From Gaiellaceae bacterium (GTDB lineage: Bacteria; Actinomycetota; Thermoleophilia; Gaiellales; Gaiellaceae), in assembly GCA_033857955.1 (NCBI GenBank), contig JAWVCW010000015.1, positions 59,514 through 123,513 of the forward strand: a stretch of 64,000 nucleotides of DNA, read 5' to 3'. Shown here piece after piece: positions 24,113 through 33,055 of this stretch; the first letter of the stretch is position 1; the number at the start of each line of letters is the position of its first letter. The position numbers were made by a program, and so were the translations under genes. The notes under the pieces are model-generated. The model saw only the letters and a program-made list of their open reading frames with translations. It searched no databases and had not been told where the DNA came from.

Positions 24113-25576
24113 CTACTCGCCGGCGGCGACTGGATGGCCGAGTTGCTTCTCCCACCAGTCCGATTCGCGGTCTTCCATCTGGATCTGCAGCTCGCCGACG
24201 TAGTTCGCGAGATCGCTCTCCCGCTTTCCCAGCCGGAGCTCGAGCTCGGCGACGACCTTCTCACGCTGCTCGAGCTTGACCTCGCGGACCTCCGAGTCGG
24301 CTTCCGCGCGGGCCCAGCGGATCTCGATCTCGGCCTCGCGGTCGTCCATCTCGCGCGTGCGGTCCGACAGCGACGCCTCCGTCTGGCTGAGGCGCTTCTC
24401 CCGTCGCTCGACGCGGGCGCGCTGCGATTCGAGCAATGTCTCGGAGCTCGTGATCTCCGCCTCGCGCGCGGCCAGCTCCAGGCGGAGGTCGTCGAGCCGC
24501 TTTGCCTCGGCCTCCCGGTGCGCCAGCGTCAGCTCGTCGGCCTCCTCGCGGCGCAGCTGCGACTCGCGCCGGTTCAGCTCGGCTTCGCGCGCGGCAAGCT
24601 CGCTCTCCTTCGCAGAGACCTCGGCGCGCTTGGCGCTCATAGCAGCGACGACCTCGCCGGTGCCGTTGCGCTCCTCGGCAAGCCGTTCGAGATCGGCGGT
24701 CAGCCGATCGGCCTTCGCCTTGAGCTCGGCCTCGCGTGCCTCGAGGTGCTCCTCGCGCGCCGTCACCGTGGCGCGCGCCTTGACCAGCTCGCGATCGCGC
24801 TCCGCAACTCCCTTGTCGCGGTCCCCGACCTCGGACTCCTGCTCGCGGAGAAGCCCCTCGCGCGTGGCGAGAACCGCTTCGCGGGCCTCGACCCGCGCAA
24901 GGACTTCTGCTTCCTTTCCTTCGATCTCGGTCAGCGTCCGCTCGAGCGCACGCTCCCGCTGCGCGAGGGCCGCCTCTTGCTTGGCGAGCTCGGTCGAGGA
25001 CTCCGTCCGATCGCGGTCGGCGGTCTGGAGCTCGCGGAACTTGGTCGAGATCTGCTGCTCGCGCGCGGCTGTTCGCGCCTCGGCCGCGAGCAGCTCGGAC
25101 TTCAGGTCAGCGAGTCGCTGCTGCTCTGCCCCTGCCGCTTCGGCTCGTTTCGCCAGCTCTTCCTCGCGCTCCTCGAGGGCCGACTGCTGTGCCGCGATCT
25201 TCGCGGCGCGTGTATCGACCTCCGACGAGCGCAGAGACAGGCTCTGTGCATCCGCGAAGCCCTCCTCGAGCCGCGTCTGCAGGTCCGCGAGGTCGTCGCG
25301 GGCCTCGCGCTCGCGCGCGATTGCCTGGGCAAGCTCCGCCCGGACTGCATCCAGCTCGCGGTCCAGCCCGTCGAAGTCTTCGACGGGGGCTGCGACGGCG
25401 ATAGGTGCCTCCGGAGCCCGAGCGGGCGGCTCGGCGGGCGCCACGACGGGCCGCTTCGATGCGTCCGGGTGCTGCTCGGCCTGCGCCTCTTCCTCGTCGC
25501 GTCGCCGCTCGAGCTGCCTGCGGAGACCGGTGCCGAAGCCCTGCTCGGTCTCCTGGTCGTGGTCGCGCGCAGCCAT
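24113..25576 (-). CDS. Long coiled-coil protein rich in Glu/Ala/Arg, translationally coupled to tadC
   Basis: 487 aa with about 400 aa of heptad-like sequence (REAEL..., AREAEL...). Its ATG overlaps the tadC TGA (TGATG). Confidence 0.75.
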   Translation of the reverse strand: MAARDHDQETEQGFGTGLRRQLERRRDEEEAQAEQHPDASKRPVVAPAEPPARAPEAPIAVAAPVEDFDGLDRELDAVRAELAQAIAREREARDDLADLQTRLEEGFADAQSLSLRSSEVDTRAAKIAAQQSALEEREEELAKRAEAAGAEQQRLADLKSELLAAEARTAAREQQISTKFRELQTADRDRTESSTELAKQEAALAQRERALERTLTEIEGKEAEVLARVEAREAVLATREGLLREQESEVGDRDKGVAERDRELVKARATVTAREEHLEAREAELKAKADRLTADLERLAEERNGTGEVVAAMSAKRAEVSAKESELAAREAELNRRESQLRREEADELTLAHREAEAKRLDDLRLELAAREAEITSSETLLESQRARVERREKRLSQTEASLSDRTREMDDREAEIEIRWARAEADSEVREVKLEQREKVVAELELRLGKRESDLANYVGELQIQMEDRESDWWEKQLGHPVAAGE

Positions 25577-26493
25577 CAGAAGTCGAAGACGGTCATCAGG
25601 TTGAGCATCGCGGGCCCGAGGATGACGATGAACATCGCCGGGAAGATGAAGATCACGGTCGGGAAGAGCATCTTGATCGGCGACTTCATCGCCTTCTCCT
25701 CCGCAGCAGCCTGACGCTTGAGGCGGGACTCGGCCGCCTGGACGCGGAGGAGGCGACCAAGGGAGATGCCGAGCTGGTCTGCCTGGATGATCGCCCGCGT
25801 GAAGCTCGAGATCTCGGGCGTGTTCGCGCGGTCGGAGAACTTCTTGAGCGCGTCGTGACGCGACTCGCCGATGCGCATCTCACCGAGCGTGTGCGAGAAC
25901 TCCTCGGCGAGCGCTCCGTCCATGTGCTCCGTCAGCTTGGCGACCGCCCCGTCGAAGGCGAGACCGGCCTCCACGGAAACCGCGAGCAGATCGAGCGCGT
26001 CCGGCAACTGGGCCCGCATCTCGTCCCTGCGCGAGCGAGCGCGGCGCGAGACGATGAAGCCCGGAATGATGAAACCGATCGCGGCGAGGCCCAGCCCGAG
26101 CAGGAAGCCGATCGTCGCACCGACGAAGGCGATGCCGAGCGTGAAGCCGATGACGCCGCCCCCGATCGCTCCGGCGCCCTTCGCGGCGAGGAACGTCGTC
26201 GGAGTGACGGTCCTGCCCATGCCGGCTGCCATCAGCCGGAACGAGATGCTCTCGAGCGTCACGCGCGGGTTGAGCCGAAGCGCGAAGCTCGCGAGCGACG
26301 CCGTGGCCGGAGCGAGCACCCGCTGGCGGAAGTGGAGGCGTTCGAGGCCGGCCCCGGCCACACGCACTCGGCCGTAGGTGGCGGCCCGCCGGACCGCGTT
26401 GTGGCGCTCGCGGCTCGGTGACGTGACGACCTCGCTGACGAGATAGGCGGCAACGGCGAGAAGTACTGCGGCGAAGATGAGCACCAACGGCAT
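25576..26493 (-). CDS. tadC: Tad pilus inner-membrane platform protein TadC (T2SS F family)
   Basis: LPDALDLLAVSVEAGLAFDGAV...IIQADQLGISLGRLLRVQA, with TM segments at both ends. Confidence 0.88.
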   Translation of the reverse strand: MPLVLIFAAVLLAVAAYLVSEVVTSPSRERHNAVRRAATYGRVRVAGAGLERLHFRQRVLAPATASLASFALRLNPRVTLESISFRLMAAGMGRTVTPTTFLAAKGAGAIGGGVIGFTLGIAFVGATIGFLLGLGLAAIGFIIPGFIVSRRARSRRDEMRAQLPDALDLLAVSVEAGLAFDGAVAKLTEHMDGALAEEFSHTLGEMRIGESRHDALKKFSDRANTPEISSFTRAIIQADQLGISLGRLLRVQAAESRLKRQAAAEEKAMKSPIKMLFPTVIFIFPAMFIVILGPAMLNLMTVFDF

Positions 26494-26499
26494 CTCTGA

Positions 26500-28350
26500 T
26501 CAGCCCCTGAAGTTGACGATTTTGCGGAGCATGAGCGAGCCCATTCCGATCATCACGGCGCCGAGGACGAGCAGCTTCTGCCCCGTCCCCGTGTGGTAGA
26601 GCGGGCTCATGTAGTCCCCGTTGAGCAGCGTGATCGTCGCCGCCATGAAGAACGGCACGCCGACGAGGACGTAGGCCGACGCACGCCCCATCGCCGTCAA
26701 CGCTTTGATCTTGCGCGAGAACTGCTGCCGGTTCCGGACAGCGTCGGCGACCATGTCGAAGATGCCGGCGAGGCTGCCGCCGACCTGCCGCTGGATCGTT
26801 ACCGCGGTGACGACGAACGAGAGATTGGCTGACCCGACGCGCTCGGCCATGTCGGCCAATGCATCGTCCATCGGACGACCAAGCCGGGTCTCGGTCAGGA
26901 CGCGGTTGAACTCCTTGCTCGCGGGCGGCTGCCCCTCGTCGACGACCGCCTGGATTCCCGACCGGAAGCTGTGCCCGGCCTTCAGGGACGCGGCGAGCGT
27001 GATCAGGAGATCCGGCAGCTGGTCGTCGAGGGCGCTCAGTCGCCGGCGCGCCTTGTGCCAGACGATGCCGACGGGGATCATTGCGCCGCCGAGCAGCGCG
27101 ATGAACGCGAGGAACGAGCCCGCTCCCGCGACGAAGAAGAGCAAGGCGAGAACGACGCCCGAGCCGAGGCACGCGTAGACGAGCTCGACCGTACGCAGCG
27201 GCACGTCGGCTCGTTCGAGCAGCTTGTGCAGCCTGTGCCAGACGCTCAGGTGGCCGAACGCCCGCTCGGTCGCGCGCAGCAGCGTCGAGGCGGTCGCGAA
27301 ACGCTCCTGCACCGACTCGCGCTTGCGCTTTCGCTGCGGCTCGCCGATGTGCGGCGCGAGCCGCCGGCGCAGCCCGGTTCCGACCGGCGCTTTGAAGAGG
27401 AAGAACGCGCCGAGGAGGATGCAGGCGCCGACGAGCGTGGCGACGAGCATCGGGCCCACAGCGAACACGGGGGACGGCAGGGACGCGTCCGAGGCGGCAG
27501 CGTCGTCGGCGGTACCCGGCGCCAAGCCCTTTGCGTGCGCTCCTGGAACAGCGACCTCGAAGGCGTCGCCGGGGCGGGCGGTCGTGAAGTACGTCAGCTG
27601 CCAAGTCCGACGAAGTTCCTGCGCGAGCGCCGTGTAGATCGAGTGGAGCGCGGCCGTCCCGGCAGCGCCGGTGTAGCGGCCGCCGGTCTCGGCGGCGAGG
27701 AGCTTCAGCGGTGCCGGCTTGAAGCTCGGGCTCTCGATTCCGATCGGATAGACCGTGACCCGTGCCTCACGCGCGGCGGCGATCGCGTCGTCGAGGCTTG
27801 CCTTGCTGGAGACTTCCTGCCCATCCGTGAGGAGCACGAGCACGCGCGCCTGAGTCACGTCGGAGGCGAGCAGACGCGACGCCAGGACGACGGCGTCGTA
27901 GAGCGCCGTGCCAGGCACCTTGTCCACCTCGAGCGTGCGCAAGGCCGAGTCGGCATCGGACGCCGCCGATGAGAACCCGGTCAGCTGGAAGGCCTGCTTC
28001 CCGACCGCGACCACCGCGATCCGGTCGCCTGCCGGCTTCGAGCGGACGAATGCGCGCGCGGCCGCGGTCGCATCCCGCATCGCCTGGCCGTGCATCGACT
28101 GCGAGCGGTCGAAGACCATCGCGACGCTCTTCTGCCGGCCGAGGTTCTTTGCTGCAAACCCGATCACCGGCTGTCCGTTCTCTTTCAGCCTGGGCGCCTT
28201 GGAGGCGGGCTGAGGCGTGACGATGGTGACGCGGACGGACGGATACGCGCTCGTGTCGACGGCCGTGATCCGCGCTCCCCCGGCAGCGCCGGCGACTCCG
28301 GGTACGAGAATGGCTGCAAGAGCGACCGCACTGAGAAGCTTCCGTCTCAC
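26500..28350 (-). CDS. tadB: Fusion of a secreted vWA domain with a TadB-like platform domain (T2SS F family)
   Basis: Signal peptide [22 protein letters not shown]. vWA MIDAS motif VAMVFDRSQSM, then VLLTDGQEVS. C-terminal half: LPDLLITLAASLKAGHSFRSGIQ...VTAVTIQRQVGGSLAGIF. Confidence 0.85.
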   Translation of the reverse strand: MRRKLLSAVALAAILVPGVAGAAGGARITAVDTSAYPSVRVTIVTPQPASKAPRLKENGQPVIGFAAKNLGRQKSVAMVFDRSQSMHGQAMRDATAAARAFVRSKPAGDRIAVVAVGKQAFQLTGFSSAASDADSALRTLEVDKVPGTALYDAVVLASRLLASDVTQARVLVLLTDGQEVSSKASLDDAIAAAREARVTVYPIGIESPSFKPAPLKLLAAETGGRYTGAAGTAALHSIYTALAQELRRTWQLTYFTTARPGDAFEVAVPGAHAKGLAPGTADDAAASDASLPSPVFAVGPMLVATLVGACILLGAFFLFKAPVGTGLRRRLAPHIGEPQRKRKRESVQERFATASTLLRATERAFGHLSVWHRLHKLLERADVPLRTVELVYACLGSGVVLALLFFVAGAGSFLAFIALLGGAMIPVGIVWHKARRRLSALDDQLPDLLITLAASLKAGHSFRSGIQAVVDEGQPPASKEFNRVLTETRLGRPMDDALADMAERVGSANLSFVVTAVTIQRQVGGSLAGIFDMVADAVRNRQQFSRKIKALTAMGRASAYVLVGVPFFMAATITLLNGDYMSPLYHTGTGQKLLVLGAVMIGMGSLMLRKIVNFRG

Positions 28351-29813
28351 TGCACGCCTCCGTACGGCCCGGCGGAGAACGCCGCGCGCTCGCCGCCCGG
28401 AACATCGGGGCGGAAGAAGGTCGGAGGCAGCAGAACGCCGTTCGCGGCCATCTTCTCGAGGAAGTGCGGCTTCAGGCCGGTGCAGGCGAGAGGCGCAAGC
28501 AAGCGCGACCCGCGGATCGCTCCGGGGTGACCCTCCTCCGGCGGCTTCGCCACGAACAGGTCCTGCAGGGTGATCACGTCCGACTCCATGCGCAGGACCT
28601 CGGTGATGTGCGTGACGCGGCGGGAGCCGTCGACGAGGCGCGAGATCTGAACGAGGACGTCGAACGCGCTCGAGATCTGCTCGCGGATCGCGCGGTGCGG
28701 GAGCTCCACTCCACCGGTCATCACGAGCGTCTCGAGGCGCGAGAGCGCGTCGCGCGGGGTGTTCGCGTGGATCGTCGTGAGTGAGCCTTCGTGGCCGGTG
28801 TTCATGGCCTGGAGCATGTCCAGCGTCTCCGCGCCGCGGACCTCGCCGACGATGATCCGGTCGGGGCGCATCCGCAGAGCGTTGCGGACGAGCTCGCGGA
28901 TGCGGACTTCGCCCTTGCCCTCGATGTTCGACGGACGGGACTCGAGCGTGATCACGTGCTCCTGCTGGAGCTGGAGCTCGGCGGCGTCCTCGATCGTCAC
29001 GATGCGCTCGTCATCCGGGACGAACGCCGACATCGCGTTCAGCATCGTCGTCTTGCCGGAGCCGGTACCGCCGGAGATGAGGACGTTCAGCTTCCCTTTT
29101 ACGCAGGCGGCGAGGAACTGCGCGGCCTGCGGGGTCAGCGAGTTGAAGTTGATCAGGTCGTCCATCGTGTACGGATCGCGCGAGAACTTCCGGATCGTCA
29201 ACGTCGGTCCCTTGAGCGAGAGTGGCGGGATGATCGCGTTGACACGGCTGCCGTCGGGGAGACGGGCGTCGACCATCGGCGACGCCTCGTCGATGCGCCG
29301 GCCGACCTGAGAGACGATCTTGTCGATGATCCGGAGCAGGTGCGCGTTGTCCACGAATGAGACATCCGTGCGCTCGAGCCGGCCCCCACGCTCGACGAAG
29401 ATCAGGTCGTGCCTGTTGACCATCACTTCGCTCACCGAGTCGTCGCGGAGCAGCTCTTCGAGCGGCCCGTACCCGAGCACATCGTCCGTGATCTCCCGCT
29501 GGATGCGCCGCCGCTCCTCGCGGGTCAGCGGCGTCCGGTCGAGGGCGAGCTGCTCTGCGACCGCGTGCAACACGCGCTCGGAGAGGTCCTCGGCGGTCTC
29601 GCGCTTGAACAGCTCCGGACCGAGCTTCGCGATCACGGCGTGATGAACGCCGCTCTTGAGCTCGGCGTACGGATCCCCAGCGCGGGGCGTCGCCGCCGGC
29701 GCCTTCGGCGCGGCGGGGGTGGTAACGGGGCCGGCGAGCGCAACCGGACGCTCTGCGATTACGTTCGCGGCCCCGTTCTCGTTCTGCTTCGAGAGTCTGT
29801 CGTGAAGACCCAT
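28347..29813 (-). CDS. cpaF: Tad pilus secretion ATPase CpaF/TadA
   Basis: Walker A motif [15 protein letters not shown], Walker B motif [11 protein letters not shown], then [13 protein letters not shown] and [16 protein letters not shown] 29813 ([10 protein letters not shown]...). Confidence 0.93.
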   Translation of the reverse strand: MGLHDRLSKQNENGAANVIAERPVALAGPVTTPAAPKAPAATPRAGDPYAELKSGVHHAVIAKLGPELFKRETAEDLSERVLHAVAEQLALDRTPLTREERRRIQREITDDVLGYGPLEELLRDDSVSEVMVNRHDLIFVERGGRLERTDVSFVDNAHLLRIIDKIVSQVGRRIDEASPMVDARLPDGSRVNAIIPPLSLKGPTLTIRKFSRDPYTMDDLINFNSLTPQAAQFLAACVKGKLNVLISGGTGSGKTTMLNAMSAFVPDDERIVTIEDAAELQLQQEHVITLESRPSNIEGKGEVRIRELVRNALRMRPDRIIVGEVRGAETLDMLQAMNTGHEGSLTTIHANTPRDALSRLETLVMTGGVELPHRAIREQISSAFDVLVQISRLVDGSRRVTHITEVLRMESDVITLQDLFVAKPPEEGHPGAIRGSRLLAPLACTGLKPHFLEKMAANGVLLPPTFFRPDVPGGERAAFSAGPYGGVQ

Positions 29814-29815
29814 TG

Positions 29816-30988
29816 CTATGCCCTTGCCAGCGCGGCGAACTTGCGCTTCTTCTTCGGCTGCTCCTGAACGAGCAGGGCCTTGGCGACCTGGCGGATCGCA
29901 CGGGCGAAGTCGCAGCCCGTATCGGCGATCGCGGGAGGCGCGCCCCGGTTGACGCCGAGCGGGACAGCCCGGTCCGAAGGAACCTCGAAGTTGATCTTGA
30001 CGTCGAGTGCACCCTCGACCTCGCTCTTCTTCATCCCGACCTTCGAGTTGGCGCGGTTCAAAAGGAACCGGATCCGCGACGCGGGGAAGGAGAGCAGGTC
30101 GAGCGTCTGCAACGACAGGCGGACGTTCTTCAGGGTCGGCACGTCGAGCCCACACACCATCAGCAGCTCATCGGTGCGGTCGAGCGTCGCCAGCATCGGC
30201 CCGTGGAAGAACGGGGAGGTGTCGACGACGATCACGTCGTACGACTCCCGCGCCACCTCGAGCAGCCGGGCCAGCTTCGACTCGGTCACGAGCTCCGCGT
30301 CCTCGGGGCGAAGCGGCGCGGGCAGAATGTCGAGCCCGCACGTGTGCTTCGTGATGTACCCCGCGAGCTTCTCGGAGTCCAGCTCACCAGGGGCCACGAC
30401 GAGGTCGTAGATCGTCTTGTCCGGCTCGAGCCCGAGCATGATCGCGGCGTCGCCGAACTGCAGGTCGAGATCGAGCAGGAGCGTCCGGCGGCCCTCGTGC
30501 TTCGCAAACGAGGCTGCGAGGTTCGTGGCCGTGACGGTCTTGCCCGTCCCACCCTTCGGCGAGAACACGGTGATGATCCGGCCCTGGCGGGCGTGCCCGC
30601 CTTCCGCGGCGAGCCGCCGGCCGGCGTGACCGGCCTTGCGGAGCGCGAACACGACGTTCTCGGTCAGCTGCGGCAGGAGGAGGACATCTGCGACGCCCTC
30701 GGCGTCCAGCGCCTCTTCGAGCAGCGCCGAGGCCTCGCCCGACGCGAGGATCACGATCGGCGAGCGCGTGTGCTCGCGAATCGCTGCAACCTCGTCCGCC
30801 GGGAAGCTGGCCGACCTCGTGGCGTGCACGACGACCTGGAGATGCCCACCGGCGAGGGCGGCTTCCGCCTCGGCGATGTGCTCGCTCCAGCCGACGAAGT
30901 CGAGCTCGGGATGCGCGGCCAGCCCTTCGCGCAGGCGGTCGAGCCCCTCGCACGAACCTGTGACGTAGATGCGGGTGATCTCGCTCAT
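29816..30988 (-). CDS. CpaE/TadZ-like protein: receiver-like N-domain plus a ParA/MinD-type ATPase
   Basis: Deviant Walker A motif VFSPKGGTGKTVTATNLA. ATG 30988 (MSEITRIYVTGS...). Confidence 0.85.
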   Translation of the reverse strand: MSEITRIYVTGSCEGLDRLREGLAAHPELDFVGWSEHIAEAEAALAGGHLQVVVHATRSASFPADEVAAIREHTRSPIVILASGEASALLEEALDAEGVADVLLLPQLTENVVFALRKAGHAGRRLAAEGGHARQGRIITVFSPKGGTGKTVTATNLAASFAKHEGRRTLLLDLDLQFGDAAIMLGLEPDKTIYDLVVAPGELDSEKLAGYITKHTCGLDILPAPLRPEDAELVTESKLARLLEVARESYDVIVVDTSPFFHGPMLATLDRTDELLMVCGLDVPTLKNVRLSLQTLDLLSFPASRIRFLLNRANSKVGMKKSEVEGALDVKINFEVPSDRAVPLGVNRGAPPAIADTGCDFARAIRQVAKALLVQEQPKKKRKFAALARA

Positions 30989-31770
30989 TGGGATCCCTCC
31001 ACGGGGGCCTTGCCGACCCGGGCGTCCTCGAGCTGCTTCGCTTTGACACCCTCGGTCAGCAGGGAGTGGGCACTCTCGACGTTCTCCGGGCTGTCCGCGG
31101 CGTCGATGCCGGGGCGCAGCGCCAGGTGCCAGTCGGCGTTCACCTTGGTCCATTCCAGCTTCTGAATCTGGAGGTCGGTGACCGCGACGATCGCCGAATA
31201 CGGGCTCACTCCCGCGGACGTGACCTTTTCCGCGGTGCCGTTGGCGTCGGGCGCCTTCAAGACCAGGATGTTGCGCAGGACGACCTTGCTGTAATGCGTC
31301 TGGGTCCCTTCGGGATACGTCCACGAAGCGACGACGTCGACGCGGTCGCCGGTCTTGAGCGTGCCGACGAGCAGCTGATCCGAGTCGCCCGGGAGGGCGA
31401 TTCCACGCTGCACACCCGTCAGCTGGGCGAGGATGCCCTGCTCGGAAGGCGTTGCGAAGCGGCGCGTCGACACCTGCTCGCCGGCATAGATCGGCTCGGT
31501 GGCGACGAGGGTGGCGAGCTGTGCCGGATTCGAGATCGCACCCGGGACGACACCCCGACGCACGACCTCGCTCTTGGTCATCATTCCCCTGCTGGCGACG
31601 TCCGCGCCGGAAAGGCCGGCCGGGATGTCAACCTTGGCGACGAAGACTTGGACATTCGTCTCGTCCTTGCGGACGTTACGCTGATAGTTCGTCACGTAGA
31701 AACTCGTCAGCAAAGCAGCGACGAGCGCCAACGCGATTGCGATCGTAATATTTCTGAGGCGATACGTCAT
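30985..31770 (-). CDS. cpaB: Flp pilus assembly protein CpaB/RcpC-like
   Basis: ATG 31770, N-terminal TM segment (ITIAIALALVAALLTSFYV), SAF-like region, and its position between tadE and cpaE. Confidence 0.8.
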   Translation of the reverse strand: MTYRLRNITIAIALALVAALLTSFYVTNYQRNVRKDETNVQVFVAKVDIPAGLSGADVASRGMMTKSEVVRRGVVPGAISNPAQLATLVATEPIYAGEQVSTRRFATPSEQGILAQLTGVQRGIALPGDSDQLLVGTLKTGDRVDVVASWTYPEGTQTHYSKVVLRNILVLKAPDANGTAEKVTSAGVSPYSAIVAVTDLQIQKLEWTKVNADWHLALRPGIDAADSPENVESAHSLLTEGVKAKQLEDARVGKAPVEGSQ

Positions 31771-31820
31771 GAGCGTCTTCCTTCTGTTGCTAACGAGATT
31801 ACGGTCGAAAAATTGGCGGG

Positions 31821-32219
31821 CTATTCCACACGCTCTACGGTCTTGCTGTGCAACTTCCCTGAAGCCACAACGACACCGAGGACGCTCACGTCGTACGGAT
31901 AGGTTGCGTCGACGGTGATGTCTGCACCGGGTGCCCACGCGGTCGCGGTGACGGTGACGATGAGGTCAGCCGGCTTGAGACCGTCGGCGGAGCTGCGTGT
32001 GGCCGCCTCTGCAAGCGCGGCGGGATTGGCCGCCTGCCGGCTGACGGCACCCTTCCGGGCGCCGACGCGGGTGGCGTCGGTGAGCGTGATGTAGTTGTTG
32101 TAGAGGAGCCCGAACTGGATAATGCTGAACAGCACCACACAGAGGATTGGCAGCACGAGAGCGAACTCGACCATTGTCTGGCCGCGGTCGCCACGAATGT
32201 CGGCTCTCCTGGTGGTCAT
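31821..32219 (-). CDS. tadE: TadE-like pseudopilin
   Basis: MTTRRADIRGDRGQTMVEFALVLPILCVVLFSIIQFGLLY. Confidence 0.8.
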   Translation of the reverse strand: MTTRRADIRGDRGQTMVEFALVLPILCVVLFSIIQFGLLYNNYITLTDATRVGARKGAVSRQAANPAALAEAATRSSADGLKPADLIVTVTATAWAPGADITVDATYPYDVSVLGVVVASGKLHSKTVERVE

Positions 32220-32290
32220 GCTGGGCGCGAGCTCCTTGCTGAGTGAGACGGCGCCCCCGACGCTTGCCGGGGACGCCGTCTTGATGGCAC

Positions 32291-32464
32291 TCAAGACACG
32301 CTCTTGATCATGTCGACGGCGTCGTTGATAGACGCCGCGACAGCATCCGAGAAGAGCGTAAAGGTGGCGATGACGCCGAGAATGAGCACGCTGAGGACGA
32401 AGGCGTATTCCGCCATCGTCTGACCCGATTCCACGGTCAGCGAGATCCTCTTTCTCAACAGCAT
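32291..32464 (-). CDS. flp: Flp-family pilin, 57 aa (not in the ORF track)
   Basis: RBS AAGGAGGA lies 4 nt before ATG 32464. MLLRKRISLTVESGQTMAEYAFVLSVLILGVIATFTLFSDAVAASINDAVDMIKSVS carries the G-x4-EY Flp motif. Confidence 0.8.
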   Translation of the reverse strand: MLLRKRISLTVESGQTMAEYAFVLSVLILGVIATFTLFSDAVAASINDAVDMIKSVS

Positions 32465-32486
32465 CGATCCTCCTTTATGTTGGTAC

Positions 32487-32681
32487 CTACAGCTTGGCGG
32501 TGACCTTGTTCAGTGCACCGGTGATCCCGGTGGACAGAAGGGTCAGAGCGGCGACGACGATGACGGCGATCACGGCGAGAACGACGCCGTACTCGGCCAT
32601 CGTCTGGCCCCCCTCACTCTTGCGCAGCTCGTCCATGGCATTCATGGCACGGCACTGGGCGGCGACGAAGAACTTCAACAT
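32487..32681 (-). CDS. flp: Flp-family pilin, 64 aa
   Basis: RBS GGAGGTG. ...RKSEGGQTMAEYGVVLAVIAVIVVAALTLLSTGI. Confidence 0.85.
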   Translation of the reverse strand: MLKFFVAAQCRAMNAMDELRKSEGGQTMAEYGVVLAVIAVIVVAALTLLSTGITGALNKVTAKL

Positions 32682-33055
32682 GAAAATTCACCTCCTTCAA
32701 GGAGAGAGCGGATGAAAGCCGAGCACGATGTGGATGCCCGGAAGGTGTTGAAATGTGTGGAGCAATTCGCGAAGCGGTGCTGCACGTGAGAAACCTTTCT
32801 CTCATCGGCGAGCCGCTATCGCCAGACTGATTGTGGTGCCCTTGCGGTGAGAACATCGTTCAGCGGTCGGGATCTATGAAGCCCCATCTGGGTGACTTCT
32901 TGCGCCAACTTTTCGAAGTTCCCCCATAAGAGTGAGAAGGGCTAAAGGTGCTGCCGATAAGAGGGGTTCACGGAACCGTTGGCGGCGCGGTCTGAAATCT
33001 TGGCGCCGGACGGGGTATGGCCCGGCGCCCGAATTACGGAGGAGCTGGGTCGCAA

